IMG/VR virus record: IMGVR_UViG_3300012532_000003
Span: 1 to 55,648 of that record
Reading direction: 5' to 3' (one strand)
Source: a virus
Taxonomy: Duplodnaviria; Caudoviricetes
Length of the DNA: 55,648 nucleotides
Part shown: one piece after another, positions 24,800 to 34,884 of the stretch
Position numbering within the stretch: the first letter of the stretch is position 1
How the letters are laid out: every line of letters starts with the position of its first letter
The notes under the pieces: generated by a model
The model's database searches: none
What the model was told of the DNA's origin: nothing
Seen by the model: only the letters and a program-made list of their open reading frames with translations
Made by a program: the position numbers and the translations under genes

Positions 24800-27700
24800 A
24801 TCTTGACGGCCCGTTCTCTAGGAAGTTGGTGAGCATGACCAGCGTATTCACCCCCGGCATCCACATGTACGCCGCAGAGCGCGCCTCCACAGGTGGTGGT
24901 CGTGATCGAGATGACGAGTTCTACTATCTCTCATTTCGACTTCGTGACGAGTTCATAGAGCAATACAAAACACGAACTCCAAAATTTGGCTTTCCTATCG
25001 GGGGAGGCAACACGCTGGGTGAATACAACTGGATCACCAAGTACTCTCGACGCAAGCTGGATGGCTCGAAAGAACGCTTCTGGGAAGGTTGCCGGCGCGT
25101 CATTGAAGGCATGTACTCAGGTCAGAAGGATCACGCAATACGCTACCGGCTTCCTTGGAATGAACAAACGGCTCACGAGTCGGCACAAGAGGCGTATGCC
25201 CGGCTGTTCGACGGCAAATGGAGCCCACCTGGACGCGGCTTATGGATGATGGGCACATTTTTTGTCAACGGAGCACAGAACTCGGCAGCACTACAGAACT
25301 GTGCCTTTTTGTCAACTTTACAGATAGATTCAGGCGATCCAACGTTTCCGTTCCACCGCATGATGGAAATGTCCATGCTTGGTGTCGGTGTGGGATTTGA
25401 CACCAGGGGAGCTGGCAAGGTTGCCATTCACCAGCCAACGGAACAATCACAAAATATCGTTGTCATCGATGATTCTCGTGAGGGTTGGTACGAGTCCCTA
25501 GCGCTGCTCCTCGAATCATACTTTAAACCACATAAGCGCGTTGTTCGTTTCGACTATTCTAAGATTAGACCTGCTGGTGCGCCCATCATGGGATTTGGTG
25601 GGGTTGCTGCCGGGTTCGAACCATTGATTCAGCTCCACAGGCGACTCCGGGATTTGTTGAACTACCGTGAAGGCGAATGCGTCACAGCCAAAGATATTGT
25701 CGAGATCATGAACATGATCGGCAAGTGCGTGGTAGCGGCTAATGTTCGCAGTTCCGCCCAGATTGCCCTTGACGATACAGGCGATACTTCGTTCCTTGAA
25801 TTAAAAAACCCAATGCTATACCCTGAGCGGATGGGCTTCGTGAAGGACGAACATGGAGGGCCTAAGGCCGATGATAACGGAATTTGGCTAAATAGCGAAG
25901 AGGGCGGCTGGGGTTACACGTCCAACAACTCCATTATCACCGAAGTAGGGGCAAATCTGGATCATCTCGTCAATGGCATGATGCTCAACGGCGAGCCTGG
26001 CGTGTACTGGCTGGACATGTGCCAACAGTATGGACGACTGGTAGATCCACCTAATGGTAAAGATCACAGAGTGGCTGGCGTAAACCCATGTTTAACTGGT
26101 GACTCGTTGATACTTACAAAAAATGGTTTAGTTACAATCGAAGAATTATCGGGATACGAGTTCGATATTTTTAACGGCGATGGTAAATTTGTCCAGAGCA
26201 CTGCTTGGTACAGTGGAATAAAGCCAGTATACAAAGTTACACTTGTGAATGGTCTAGAGCTTAAAGCCACGAAAGATCACAAAATTGAAATATTAACCAG
26301 AATGGATAGCAAACACAAATACGATATTCCTTTAGAAATCGAAGTTGGAGACTTAGAACCTGGTATGGTTGTTCGATCCTTCATCGGATCGGGAGACTGG
26401 GAAGGACTCGAACCCGTTACATATAGTCGAGCCGTAGCGTACGGCCTTCTATTCGGTGATGGCTATCGCCAAGTCAACCGTGGAAAGTCCGTCTACCTAA
26501 AAACAAACGAATCCGAAGTAATTCTATTTTTGCAGGAGGAATTCGGAGACAGATTTGAAAACGTTTCTGGGTCAACATACGCCATTAGAGACTGCATTGA
26601 CGAGCTTGGGAACTTCGGCATAGAACTATCCCCACTGCCTGACCGTCGACTTCCTAAACAAATTTTAAGATGGAGCCCTAATCTTCTAAGAGCCTTCATT
26701 AAAGGATTGTTTTCTGCTAATGGGGGGGCAATGCCAAATTACGCCCGTCTAGATTTGAAAACATCAAATAAAACCTTTGCCAAGGACGTACAGCGCATTC
26801 TCTTAGCCCTTGGTTATTCATGTTATATCACTACGAACAAGGCTACTGAGATAGAATGGGATAACGGAGTTTACACATCAAAAGAGTCATATGATGTAAA
26901 CGTCAGTGGTGTGTGGCAATATTGCAAATTCCAAGAGGAAATAGGATTTCTACGTGAACACAAATCTGTACGGATACCAAATGGCGCGTATATCAATAAG
27001 GTAACTAAGGTAAAATCTATAGAGTATATTGGCGAGGAACCAGTATATGATTTCAATGAACCAATAACCAATTTCGGTTGGGTTAATGGAATAAAAACAC
27101 ATAACTGTGGCGAACAGCCCCTTGAACATAATGAATTATGTACATTAGTAGAGACGTATCCAACGAACTGTGCCGACCTGCAAGATTACCTCCGCACCCT
27201 GAAGTTTGCGTACCTCTATGGGAAAACAGTTACGTTGTTGCCAACACATTGGAAAGAAACCAATGAGGTGATGATAAGGAACAGAAGAATCGGCACGTCG
27301 ATGACGGGGCTTGCTGAGTTTGTCGAGAAGCATGGATGGGCCGAGCTGAAGCTCTGGCAGGACAAGGGGTATCACGAGATCCGCCGCTGGGATGTCATCT
27401 ACTCCGAGTGGCTTGGTATTCGTGAGTCAATCAAAGTAACTACGGTTAAGCCATCCGGTTCCGTCAGCTTGCTCTTTGGTGTCACGCCTGGCTGTCACTG
27501 GCCAAAGGAACGCGGCAAGTATCTTCGCACTGTGCGGGAAACGGTCAACAGTGCCATGGCCGAGGCCATGCAAAAAGCTGGTTATCAGGTTGAGCCCAAT
27601 GTCCAAAACCCACAGTTTGGTCTCGTTATCACTTGTCCCACTGTGGGCCCAGACATTCGCGGCGAGCGCGATGTTTCTATTTGGGAAAAGGCCGCGTTGG

Positions 27701-28011
27701 CGGCTCAATGTCAGCGGTGGTGGAGTGATAACTCCGTCTCGGTCACGGTGACGTTTGACCCGGAGACCGAGTCTAAGGAAATACCTGCCATCCTTCGGGC
27801 ATTTGATGGTCAACTGAAAGCATTGACATTCTTGCCTTCCGTCGAAGGTGTGTATCTTCAAGCACCATACCAACGAGTTAAGGAGGAGCAGTGGGAGGAG
27901 ATGTTTAGCTCGGTCCAACCTCTTGACTGGGACGCTCTGTATGCCGGAGAAGCAGCAGACCCCCAGGGAGAACGGTACTGCTCAAACGACGTTTGCGAGG
28001 TTCCGCAGTGA
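24796..28011 (+). CDS. nrdJ: Class II (B12-dependent) ribonucleotide reductase with intein
   Basis: PPGRGLW, ALQNC, NVRSSA, NGEPG, NP|CGEQ.L...ELC.L, TTVKPSGSVS, C-terminal CSNDVC; start 24796 or ATG 24835. Confidence 0.95.
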   Translation: MNLDGPFSRKLVSMTSVFTPGIHMYAAERASTGGGRDRDDEFYYLSFRLRDEFIEQYKTRTPKFGFPIGGGNTLGEYNWITKYSRRKLDGSKERFWEGCRRVIEGMYSGQKDHAIRYRLPWNEQTAHESAQEAYARLFDGKWSPPGRGLWMMGTFFVNGAQNSAALQNCAFLSTLQIDSGDPTFPFHRMMEMSMLGVGVGFDTRGAGKVAIHQPTEQSQNIVVIDDSREGWYESLALLLESYFKPHKRVVRFDYSKIRPAGAPIMGFGGVAAGFEPLIQLHRRLRDLLNYREGECVTAKDIVEIMNMIGKCVVAANVRSSAQIALDDTGDTSFLELKNPMLYPERMGFVKDEHGGPKADDNGIWLNSEEGGWGYTSNNSIITEVGANLDHLVNGMMLNGEPGVYWLDMCQQYGRLVDPPNGKDHRVAGVNPCLTGDSLILTKNGLVTIEELSGYEFDIFNGDGKFVQSTAWYSGIKPVYKVTLVNGLELKATKDHKIEILTRMDSKHKYDIPLEIEVGDLEPGMVVRSFIGSGDWEGLEPVTYSRAVAYGLLFGDGYRQVNRGKSVYLKTNESEVILFLQEEFGDRFENVSGSTYAIRDCIDELGNFGIELSPLPDRRLPKQILRWSPNLLRAFIKGLFSANGGAMPNYARLDLKTSNKTFAKDVQRILLALGYSCYITTNKATEIEWDNGVYTSKESYDVNVSGVWQYCKFQEEIGFLREHKSVRIPNGAYINKVTKVKSIEYIGEEPVYDFNEPITNFGWVNGIKTHNCGEQPLEHNELCTLVETYPTNCADLQDYLRTLKFAYLYGKTVTLLPTHWKETNEVMIRNRRIGTSMTGLAEFVEKHGWAELKLWQDKGYHEIRRWDVIYSEWLGIRESIKVTTVKPSGSVSLLFGVTPGCHWPKERGKYLRTVRETVNSAMAEAMQKAGYQVEPNVQNPQFGLVITCPTVGPDIRGERDVSIWEKAALAAQCQRWWSDNSVSVTVTFDPETESKEIPAILRAFDGQLKALTFLPSVEGVYLQAPYQRVKEEQWEEMFSSVQPLDWDALYAGEAADPQGERYCSNDVCEVPQ
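26089..27105 (+). mobile_element. Intein (339 aa) with LAGLIDADG endonuclease at the RNR catalytic Cys
   Basis: CLTGDSLILT...ATKDHK...YGLLFGDG...KGLFSANG...VYDF...KTHN/C. Confidence 0.93.
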
Positions 28012-28125
28012 AGGACAAGATTGTTAACAAGCTGTTAGATGTACCTCTTTGGGCCATAGACAAGGCCCTGCGCCTCATCGAAGGATGGAAACACCGTAAG
28101 TAAGATTGGCAGAAGGGAGAGTTTA

Positions 28126-29139
28126 GTGAAAAGAGTCTTGGTCGTAGCGGCGGTGTTGCTTGTCTTCCTGGTACTCACAACAAACTCGGCTCCCGCTACG
28201 TTGTCCACAGGCCCTTGCCCAAGGACCCATGGAACACTTAAACACTGCAACCCATCGCCAAGCCCTAGCCTTACATCCTCTTCCACACCAACACCAACTC
28301 CAATATCAGGTTGGCCCGACCAAAGCAACACTGGTGTTCCGGCAGGAACTGCCTTGACTGACTATACGGGCCCGTGTGTCATCACAGTCCCAGACACGGT
28401 TATCGACGCGAAGATTATCCACTGTGAGACGGATTCACTCGCAATTCGCACTACCGGAGTGAAAGTTACTCGCAGCATTGTGTATGGTCAGGTAGGTACT
28501 CCCGAGGGAAGTAGCTATAGCTACAGCCTGACCGACTCGGAGGTTGCCGCGCCAATGGTACAAGAGTCAGCGGTGGGATCAGCGAACGTTACCTTGCTCA
28601 GAGCTAACATCCATGGTGGAGCGCTCAGCGTATACTGCTGGGCACATTGCGACATTCGCGACTCATGGCTTCATGGACAGGCATTACCCACAGGCGCTGG
28701 CTGGCATCTTGGTGCGTTACGAGCCGATGACAACGACGATCCGGTTCTCGGTGCCGACCCGTCTTACGATCGTGGTGTGACCGATCTCGTGGCCGTGCAC
28801 AACACCATAGCCTGTGACACGTCAGCCAACAGCTCAGACGGTGGTTGCTCCGGTGACGTCACCATGTATGGAGACTTTGGTACCATCAACCACGTCACCT
28901 TGGATCAGAACCTGTTCGTCGCCTCCGCCGACTTGGCTTACTGTCTCTATGGGGGCTCGGTTTCGAGCAAGCCGTTCCCATACGCCCATGATATCGTTGT
29001 AACGAACAACGTGTTTCAACGCGGCACGACAGGCAAGTGCGGAGCATATGGGCCAGTGTCCAGCTATGATCCAACCGCGACCGGAAACATATGGCTCAAC
29101 AACAACTGGGAGGAAGATGGGCCGGTGGCTATATCTTAG
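28126..29139 (+). CDS. Secreted right-handed beta-helix-like protein
   Basis: Signal peptide, PSPS/TPTP linker, WPDQSNTGVPAGT, repeated beta motifs, NN.FQRG...KCG.YGP. Confidence 0.7.
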   Translation: MKRVLVVAAVLLVFLVLTTNSAPATLSTGPCPRTHGTLKHCNPSPSPSLTSSSTPTPTPISGWPDQSNTGVPAGTALTDYTGPCVITVPDTVIDAKIIHCETDSLAIRTTGVKVTRSIVYGQVGTPEGSSYSYSLTDSEVAAPMVQESAVGSANVTLLRANIHGGALSVYCWAHCDIRDSWLHGQALPTGAGWHLGALRADDNDDPVLGADPSYDRGVTDLVAVHNTIACDTSANSSDGGCSGDVTMYGDFGTINHVTLDQNLFVASADLAYCLYGGSVSSKPFPYAHDIVVTNNVFQRGTTGKCGAYGPVSSYDPTATGNIWLNNNWEEDGPVAIS

Positions 29140-29809
29140 CGCCAACGCGGATTGGAAGGCATCCTTCGCCTTCTTCCTGCATTAAACGAGTGACGTCGGA
29201 CCGAGAAATTCTGGCTCTACCTGTCATACCCCAACGCATACCCCAACGCTTACCCCAAGAGTTCCATAACCAGTAATACCCACCCTTAAGGCTAAACGAG
29301 TGGGCCAAAATTGCGTGACCCCCGGCGATGTTGCCGGTTGGGTGAATGAAGCCATCCTGGTCTGGGCGGAACATACCTTCATACCAGTTTATGCCTAAGA
29401 CCACGGGGCCACGATAGCCAATTGCTAAGGCAATGTCGCTCTCGCGGAATGCCCACCTGTATTGGCTGTAGTACCCTTTATTCTTAAGGACCTGTGCTCC
29501 AGAGAGCACGCTCGTACCCTCGTATACCGGATCTGCGCCTGGATATGCTCCTCCCGGCCAAGGGTCATTGCGCTGGATTTCAAAGTATAGTTCTCTGGCA
29601 TCTTGGTTCGTCTGCCTGATAATGAAGGGCCGAGCCACCAGCTCATGCGCATAGGCAAACCCTACGCATGCACCTTCGCCATCCTGGTCTAGCCAAGTGT
29701 TGACGCTCCAGGTGTAGGACCTTAAAGGTTTGTCGGCTACAAGAGTCCGGATGGGAAAGTTTCTACTAGCCTCGTCAAATTGCGGTATTCTTCCAAGACC
29801 ATATTCCAA
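29129..29809 (-). CDS. Papain-like (C1) cysteine peptidase
   Basis: LDQDGEGACVG, GGHAIL, WNSWG; AGGAG RBS before TTG 29809. Confidence 0.88.
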   Translation of the reverse strand: MEYGLGRIPQFDEASRNFPIRTLVADKPLRSYTWSVNTWLDQDGEGACVGFAYAHELVARPFIIRQTNQDARELYFEIQRNDPWPGGAYPGADPVYEGTSVLSGAQVLKNKGYYSQYRWAFRESDIALAIGYRGPVVLGINWYEGMFRPDQDGFIHPTGNIAGGHAILAHSFSLKGGYYWLWNSWGKRWGMRWGMTGRARISRSDVTRLMQEEGEGCLPIRVGAKI

Positions 29810-29822
29810 GGTGGACTCCTCG

Positions 29823-30263
29823 ATGGAAATAGTTGCCTTTGACCCGGGCATAACCACAGGTTGGGCAGGCTTCGACTCCAGCACATACTGTAGTGGTGTG
29901 GTCGATTCGAGCTTGTGCAAAATCGAGCAGCTACTTGATAACTTGGAGCCGAAGGTTGTTGGCTACGAGGACTTTAAGCACCGCCCAAACATGATGCGAG
30001 CTGAGCTGTACAGCATTCAGGTCATAGGAGTCGTTAGGCTGTGGTGTGAGAAACGAGGCATTGAGCCTTTTCGCTATCTGCCGGCAACCGCCAAGGCGTT
30101 CTGGGATGACAAAAAGTTGAGGCTAATCGGGCTGTATCGTCTTACACAACACGAGCGAGATGCCACCAGAGTCCTGCTGAAGTATCTCAGCGACTCGGAT
30201 AAGGACTGGCACGACAGCACCATTAACTCGTTACGCCCTTCGACAGACTTGCGTTCCCCTTAG
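29823..30263 (+). CDS. RuvC-like Holliday junction resolvase
   Basis: IVAFDPGITTGWA, VGYEDF, QVIGVV, HERDATR. Confidence 0.85.
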   Translation: MEIVAFDPGITTGWAGFDSSTYCSGVVDSSLCKIEQLLDNLEPKVVGYEDFKHRPNMMRAELYSIQVIGVVRLWCEKRGIEPFRYLPATAKAFWDDKKLRLIGLYRLTQHERDATRVLLKYLSDSDKDWHDSTINSLRPSTDLRSP

Positions 30264-30552
30264 CTACTCGGTAGGCTATGGTGCCGTTGTCTATTTTTAC
30301 ATCATAGACCCCGGAACTCCAGGTGTAGCCGGCCGTGGTTCCCTTGGGAATAGTCACGGTAACGAGGCTGTTCGAGCCATCGATGGCAACCGTGCCGGTG
30401 CCAAGGACTGTAGCAGAAGCTGGCGTTGGGCGTATCTGCATGGAGCCCGTATATCCAGAAAGCGGCAAAAGGGCACCGTCTTTACGCACCTCGATGACAA
30501 GCTCGAAGGTGGCACCTTGCTCAACGACGATGTCCTTTAGGACGGCAGGCAT
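30223..30552 (-). CDS. Virion-associated beta-sandwich protein
   Basis: IVVEQGATF...LSGYTGSMQIR...GVYDV...RVAKG pattern; AGGGAAGG RBS. Confidence 0.75.
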   Translation of the reverse strand: MPAVLKDIVVEQGATFELVIEVRKDGALLPLSGYTGSMQIRPTPASATVLGTGTVAIDGSNSLVTVTIPKGTTAGYTWSSGVYDVKIDNGTIAYRVAKGNASLSKGVTS

Positions 30553-30588
30553 ACCTTCCCTACTTCTTCAATAACGGAACCAGCGACT

Positions 30589-30822
30589 CTACTTCTTTGT
30601 TATCAATGGGACCAGTGGGACTCCATCGTTGGTCTGAGGGTTTGACAGTGGTGTGACTTGGTCGTGGGTGTATTTTGTCCAACCAGCCGTTATCGCGGCA
30701 ACAAGCAGCATGAAAACAGCCGCCCATTTTTCCGGCATAATGTCCAAGCCGGTAATACCAGCAGCGACAATGTTCAGTATGGTCAAAACTGCACCCATGA
30801 TTACGACGGGACTACTTTTCAT
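30589..30822 (-). CDS. Holin
   Basis: Two TM helices, VTP...P motif, directly after the endolysin; GGGGAG RBS. Confidence 0.75.
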   Translation of the reverse strand: MKSSPVVIMGAVLTILNIVAAGITGLDIMPEKWAAVFMLLVAAITAGWTKYTHDQVTPLSNPQTNDGVPLVPLITKK

Positions 30823-30863
30823 TGTTATCACTCTCCCCAGTGTGGTGCCGGTCTTCCTTCGCA

Positions 30864-31793
30864 CTAGCTGATAACGCCCTCAGCTAGTGCTTCTTTCACT
30901 GCCGCTTTTATTGCCGGTTTATCAGCATCCCCAAGCGGGTTGTCCGGTGCGACCACGACTTTCTCGGCTATAAGATCTGCCCATGCTTGGATCTGCTCGT
31001 CCGTTATTGCCAGAGATGGCGGAGTCTCGACACTGGCCTTGATCGCCGCCACGTTATTTCTAACTTCCTTTAGAAGCTTAGTGAGTGGAACGTCGGAGTT
31101 TTTGGTGTCTAGAGCCGCAAACCCACCGTTGCCGGAGAACTTATCTTGCAGGTAGGAAATGGCCTCAATGCGCTGCCATGCATAGAGATCGTTGGTGTCA
31201 ACCACAGTTACTCCTTCGTAGAAGTTCTGCACATACGATAAGAATACGTCCCAAGGGAACTCCGTGCCAGGGTCCGTATGCGTTCCGTTATCCTCTGGGA
31301 ACGCCAAGGTAATGTCAATGTGCCCACAAAAGCCCCTGATCGGTTTGTTGCCAAAATATGGGTGGCAGGCTCGAACCTCTGATACCGTAAGCCTACGTAT
31401 CTCTAACCCGTACTTCTTGGCATCTTGTGCGGCTTGTCGGGCAGCTCCTATCATTGTAGCATTCGATACCGCGTCAAGCCATTGTTCTCGCGTTTGTTTG
31501 GTTCCACATAACTCGTACTGAATGCCGATGTCGTTTCCGTAGCGCCGCGCAGTGTGCGCCTCATCCCAAGTGTAAACACACTGAATAATCGAGTCCGAGT
31601 CCACAAAGTAATGGGTGCTAGTACCATCGGTTCTTACCTGGTCGTAGGCGGCACCATTCTCCGCCGAGTTCGGCCCCTCCGTGCCGGCTGTATAATGCAC
31701 TACGATGACCTTGGGGCAACCCGCAATGCGACCAGAAGTCCACGACTTTGGTTCAATGAACGGTATATCCGGATACTCAATGCTCTGGGACAT
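30864..31793 (-). CDS. Endolysin, N-acetylmuramoyl-L-alanine amidase (Amidase_2)
   Basis: IVVHYTA, STHYFVD, IQYELCG, GHIDI, HTDPG.FPWD; start MSQSIEY with GAGGT RBS. Confidence 0.92.
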   Translation of the reverse strand: MSQSIEYPDIPFIEPKSWTSGRIAGCPKVIVVHYTAGTEGPNSAENGAAYDQVRTDGTSTHYFVDSDSIIQCVYTWDEAHTARRYGNDIGIQYELCGTKQTREQWLDAVSNATMIGAARQAAQDAKKYGLEIRRLTVSEVRACHPYFGNKPIRGFCGHIDITLAFPEDNGTHTDPGTEFPWDVFLSYVQNFYEGVTVVDTNDLYAWQRIEAISYLQDKFSGNGGFAALDTKNSDVPLTKLLKEVRNNVAAIKASVETPPSLAITDEQIQAWADLIAEKVVVAPDNPLGDADKPAIKAAVKEALAEGVIS

Positions 31794-31983
31794 TGGGACC
31801 TCTTGGTGGTACAGGACGGACAACAGGAATCCTTGGTCGACTTTCCGTAGATCTCCCAACAACCTCACCAAGGCGAACCAGTAGTTGAGCACCACAACCA
31901 ACACAGTCGAAGTAATGGTTCTGGGATACTCTAAGACCAGTAAGGTCGTTGTCGGCATTACATAGCTCACATGTTATGATCAT
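31777..31983 (-). CDS. Small Zn-ribbon protein
   Basis: CELC...CVGC; ATGA coupling. Confidence 0.55.
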   Translation of the reverse strand: MIITCELCNADNDLTGLRVSQNHYFDCVGCGAQLLVRLGEVVGRSTESRPRIPVVRPVPPRGPNVPEH

Positions 31984-32723
31984 AATGACTGAATCCCATA
32001 AGTAGCAAGGTGGAGAGCCTGAACTGTGCCCGTACCGCTCGTTCGCCTGAACTGAATTCTAAGGTCCCGGTAAGATAGGTGGCCACCATCAAGTGCCACA
32101 TCAAAAAGACGGAAGCTATTATCATTCGCTGGTATTGTTTGAGTTGCACCCAATACGGTGTTGCTGCTGGCGTTGAACATCCTTATCTCGCCGGTAGTTC
32201 CGACACTGCTATAGGTGATTACGGAGACGTCGATGAGTGGATGCTGTTTGTATGGTTGTGGCTCGAAGAAGTTTGCAAAGGTAGCGGAGGTAGTTGAGTC
32301 GGGTGGGCTAATGATATCGGCGGTCCGGTATCCTGTAATAGGAATCCAGGGTGTTGCTAACCCTTGGCGAGACACGCCGTCAGTTGAACAAACAATATTA
32401 CCGCTCATGTCATATATGCCAACGAACTGTGTTCCGTCAGGGTTATCGCCAAACTGCACGAATGAGAACGTACCGGTTTGCGGGTACCTGAAAGCAAAAC
32501 CTGGCTGTAAGTTTTCTCCAATGTCTGGACCAATCTGGAACAATATCTCCGACGTCTTAGTCTGATGTACTCGAAAGATGCCGCCCTTGACAATAAGGGC
32601 ACCGGTGTCAATCGATGTTAGTTGCCCACGTGAGCCTACTTCTAGCGCCGATAACCGCTTTTCAAGCACAGCTATATACGATAATAGATCATCTCTTGAT
32701 GCTCCGTCTTCATACTTAGCCAT
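31980..32723 (-). CDS. Minor tail protein
   Basis: LEKRLSALE coiled start; position in tail module. Confidence 0.75.
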   Translation of the reverse strand: MAKYEDGASRDDLLSYIAVLEKRLSALEVGSRGQLTSIDTGALIVKGGIFRVHQTKTSEILFQIGPDIGENLQPGFAFRYPQTGTFSFVQFGDNPDGTQFVGIYDMSGNIVCSTDGVSRQGLATPWIPITGYRTADIISPPDSTTSATFANFFEPQPYKQHPLIDVSVITYSSVGTTGEIRMFNASSNTVLGATQTIPANDNSFRLFDVALDGGHLSYRDLRIQFRRTSGTGTVQALHLATYGIQSL

Positions 32724-32739
32724 TGCTCAGCCTTCCTTA

Positions 32740-33834
32740 TTAGCCATTGTTCAACTCGTCACCCTCAAAGATGAGTTCTACCTCCTCCACCCCTTGCGAA
32801 GTAGGTGGAGAGTATGAAATTGCAACTATTCGAGCTTGAGCTTGTAACCCAGTTGGATGTGCTGGATCCTTAATAACTACCGTGCATGAGTCGCCAACAC
32901 CGTAAGAACCAAACACTGGATCTCTGTCGGCCATTGTGAAAATTTTCGTGATCCTCATTGGTGGTCTCCGCTGTGGTCCGATTTTGTTCGCGAGTGTTTG
33001 GAGAAGGCTTGGATTGGTTATTTGCTTATTTGGTACGTCGATGTCGTATCGAAGCCATGTTCCACTGTCAATTAGATCTTGATGCGTAAATGTCCTGACC
33101 GGCATTGCGGAGCCCTCGCCCTGACCTATAACAGAAACGTGGGTCCCAGCCTCGCCTCCGGATGCCGTCTCGTAGTAGTTGGTAATGGATCCTGGATACT
33201 CAAACTGTAGTCCGGTTGGGTCTAACGTCCCAAGTTGCGGATAGCCTATTCTCAGGATCCTGTTGTACGCCCCGCCACCAGTCTTCACAACGTCGATTTT
33301 CCAGTCGAAACCATCATCCCCATCTGCGATACTGGAAAACACCTCGGCGTAGTTCTTTCGTTCAGACGCCAAGACTGTTATGGTCTTTGTAACTACCGTA
33401 GGAAAGCTTGCTGGAACGGTGAGACCAAGGTTGGTTTCCGGTACAGATTGTAGTTGGTTTACCAGGTCCCGAAAAATATTACGTTGTTCTCCGGTCAAAT
33501 TGGTATCAGTTAGTAGTAGCTTCCGCTCAAAGTAAGCCTCGAACGTTTTTGCGGAAATTTGGATAGATTTCGACTGGCTCTGGTATACTGAACTCCAAAC
33601 AATACCACCCCAAACCGGAGTACCCTCTCGTTCTACAATTAAATAACATTGCAAAGGCACTACAGCATTCACCAGGTCGGCGTTCGATCGGTTACTTTGG
33701 TCCAACTGGAGCGTCCCGTTGAACGAACCCCAGTCGTTCATTTTAAGCGTCATCGGAGATAATCCGTACAGGGAAATCTCATCGATAACCTCACCTGTTC
33801 TGAGATTACCGAACACATACCGAACTTCAGCCAT
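32740..33834 (-). CDS. Minor tail / baseplate hub protein
   Basis: LRTGEVIDEI, PVWGGIVW, GFDW, YP.LG, FEYPG.I. Confidence 0.8.
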   Translation of the reverse strand: MAEVRYVFGNLRTGEVIDEISLYGLSPMTLKMNDWGSFNGTLQLDQSNRSNADLVNAVVPLQCYLIVEREGTPVWGGIVWSSVYQSQSKSIQISAKTFEAYFERKLLLTDTNLTGEQRNIFRDLVNQLQSVPETNLGLTVPASFPTVVTKTITVLASERKNYAEVFSSIADGDDGFDWKIDVVKTGGGAYNRILRIGYPQLGTLDPTGLQFEYPGSITNYYETASGGEAGTHVSVIGQGEGSAMPVRTFTHQDLIDSGTWLRYDIDVPNKQITNPSLLQTLANKIGPQRRPPMRITKIFTMADRDPVFGSYGVGDSCTVVIKDPAHPTGLQAQARIVAISYSPPTSQGVEEVELIFEGDELNNG

Positions 33835-34883
33835 TAAAAATGCTCCACTATAATTGTTCTGTTGGCAAATGTGGCGGTTCCGGACGACGATCTGTACTTA
33901 GCCGTAAAGGTTGTGGTACCTGCGCCAAGGCCAGTATAGACGAGTGTAGTACCTATGTTCCAGGTTGCAGTGGTAAAACCGGGCACCTCTAACGCAAGGC
34001 CATCACTGGGTGCAACAGTGGTTGCGCCACTTAGAGCTACACCCATATAGCTAGCACTACCAGTACTGTTCTGAAGTCCCGCCGACAGAGTAACCTTCGC
34101 CCTGCCACCGCTGTTAGTGACCACTGACGCAGTAGGTCCGACCGTAGCCAGGTCGGTATACGCGGCTGATGCCGAAGTCTGACTTGTTGCGACCGTACCG
34201 AAGCTACCGGTCTCTTTGAAAATTAACCAGCCAGAACCATCCCAACGGCGAACAGTCCCGGTATCAGTTTCGAACGCAAACTGACCTATCCCTGCTGTTG
34301 CTGTAGGCCATGTAGGCAAGGTGGTTGAGGTACAAACTACAATTCCGCCGAGACTCGTGGCGTAGTATCTTTTGTCGGTAATGTTGGCATTTACAATTGA
34401 GGTGGCGTTCGCCGCTACCGCCACATGGGCAATTGTCATAGAGTTGGCCGGTGCAGCAGGTGGTGATGGGCTTCCAGCAGGCGTTCCGGTAACAACCGCG
34501 ATAGACCAGCTATTGGTGACACCACTGTAGAAGGCGTCCTGAACCTTCAGTACAACGATATCGATACGAGGGTTCGTTGGGTCCGAAGTTGCGATTGTCT
34601 TGTTAACAGTAGCATCGTTAACAGCTACGTAGGTGCCCTGCTTCGATCCTTCAGAAGCTGGGATGTAAGCAATTCCATTGAATACGTCAACGGACATGTT
34701 CGGAGAACCTGCCTGCTGTACCTTAAATAGGTTTCCCAAGCTAGGATGTATTCCACCAATGTTCTTTAACGACGTAGCTGCTGTTGGTCCAACAAGCGCA
34801 GACGCGACCGAGTTACGTGTTATCTCGGCTGTGTGCACATTCCCGGCATTCTGAAGGAATCCAGGAGGGTTAACCTCAGCCAT
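33834..34883 (-). CDS. Minor tail protein
   Basis: SPNMSVDV, NPRIDIVV, VTGTPAGSP..P; Thr/Ala/Gly-rich. Confidence 0.8.
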   Translation of the reverse strand: MAEVNPPGFLQNAGNVHTAEITRNSVASALVGPTAATSLKNIGGIHPSLGNLFKVQQAGSPNMSVDVFNGIAYIPASEGSKQGTYVAVNDATVNKTIATSDPTNPRIDIVVLKVQDAFYSGVTNSWSIAVVTGTPAGSPSPPAAPANSMTIAHVAVAANATSIVNANITDKRYYATSLGGIVVCTSTTLPTWPTATAGIGQFAFETDTGTVRRWDGSGWLIFKETGSFGTVATSQTSASAAYTDLATVGPTASVVTNSGGRAKVTLSAGLQNSTGSASYMGVALSGATTVAPSDGLALEVPGFTTATWNIGTTLVYTGLGAGTTTFTAKYRSSSGTATFANRTIIVEHF

Positions 34884-34884
34884 G

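Noticed and set aside
29225-29258. 12-bp repeat in the protease gene (WGKRWGMRWGM)
   Set aside because: In-frame micro-duplication after the NSWG motif; no sign of function beyond the general duplication tendency
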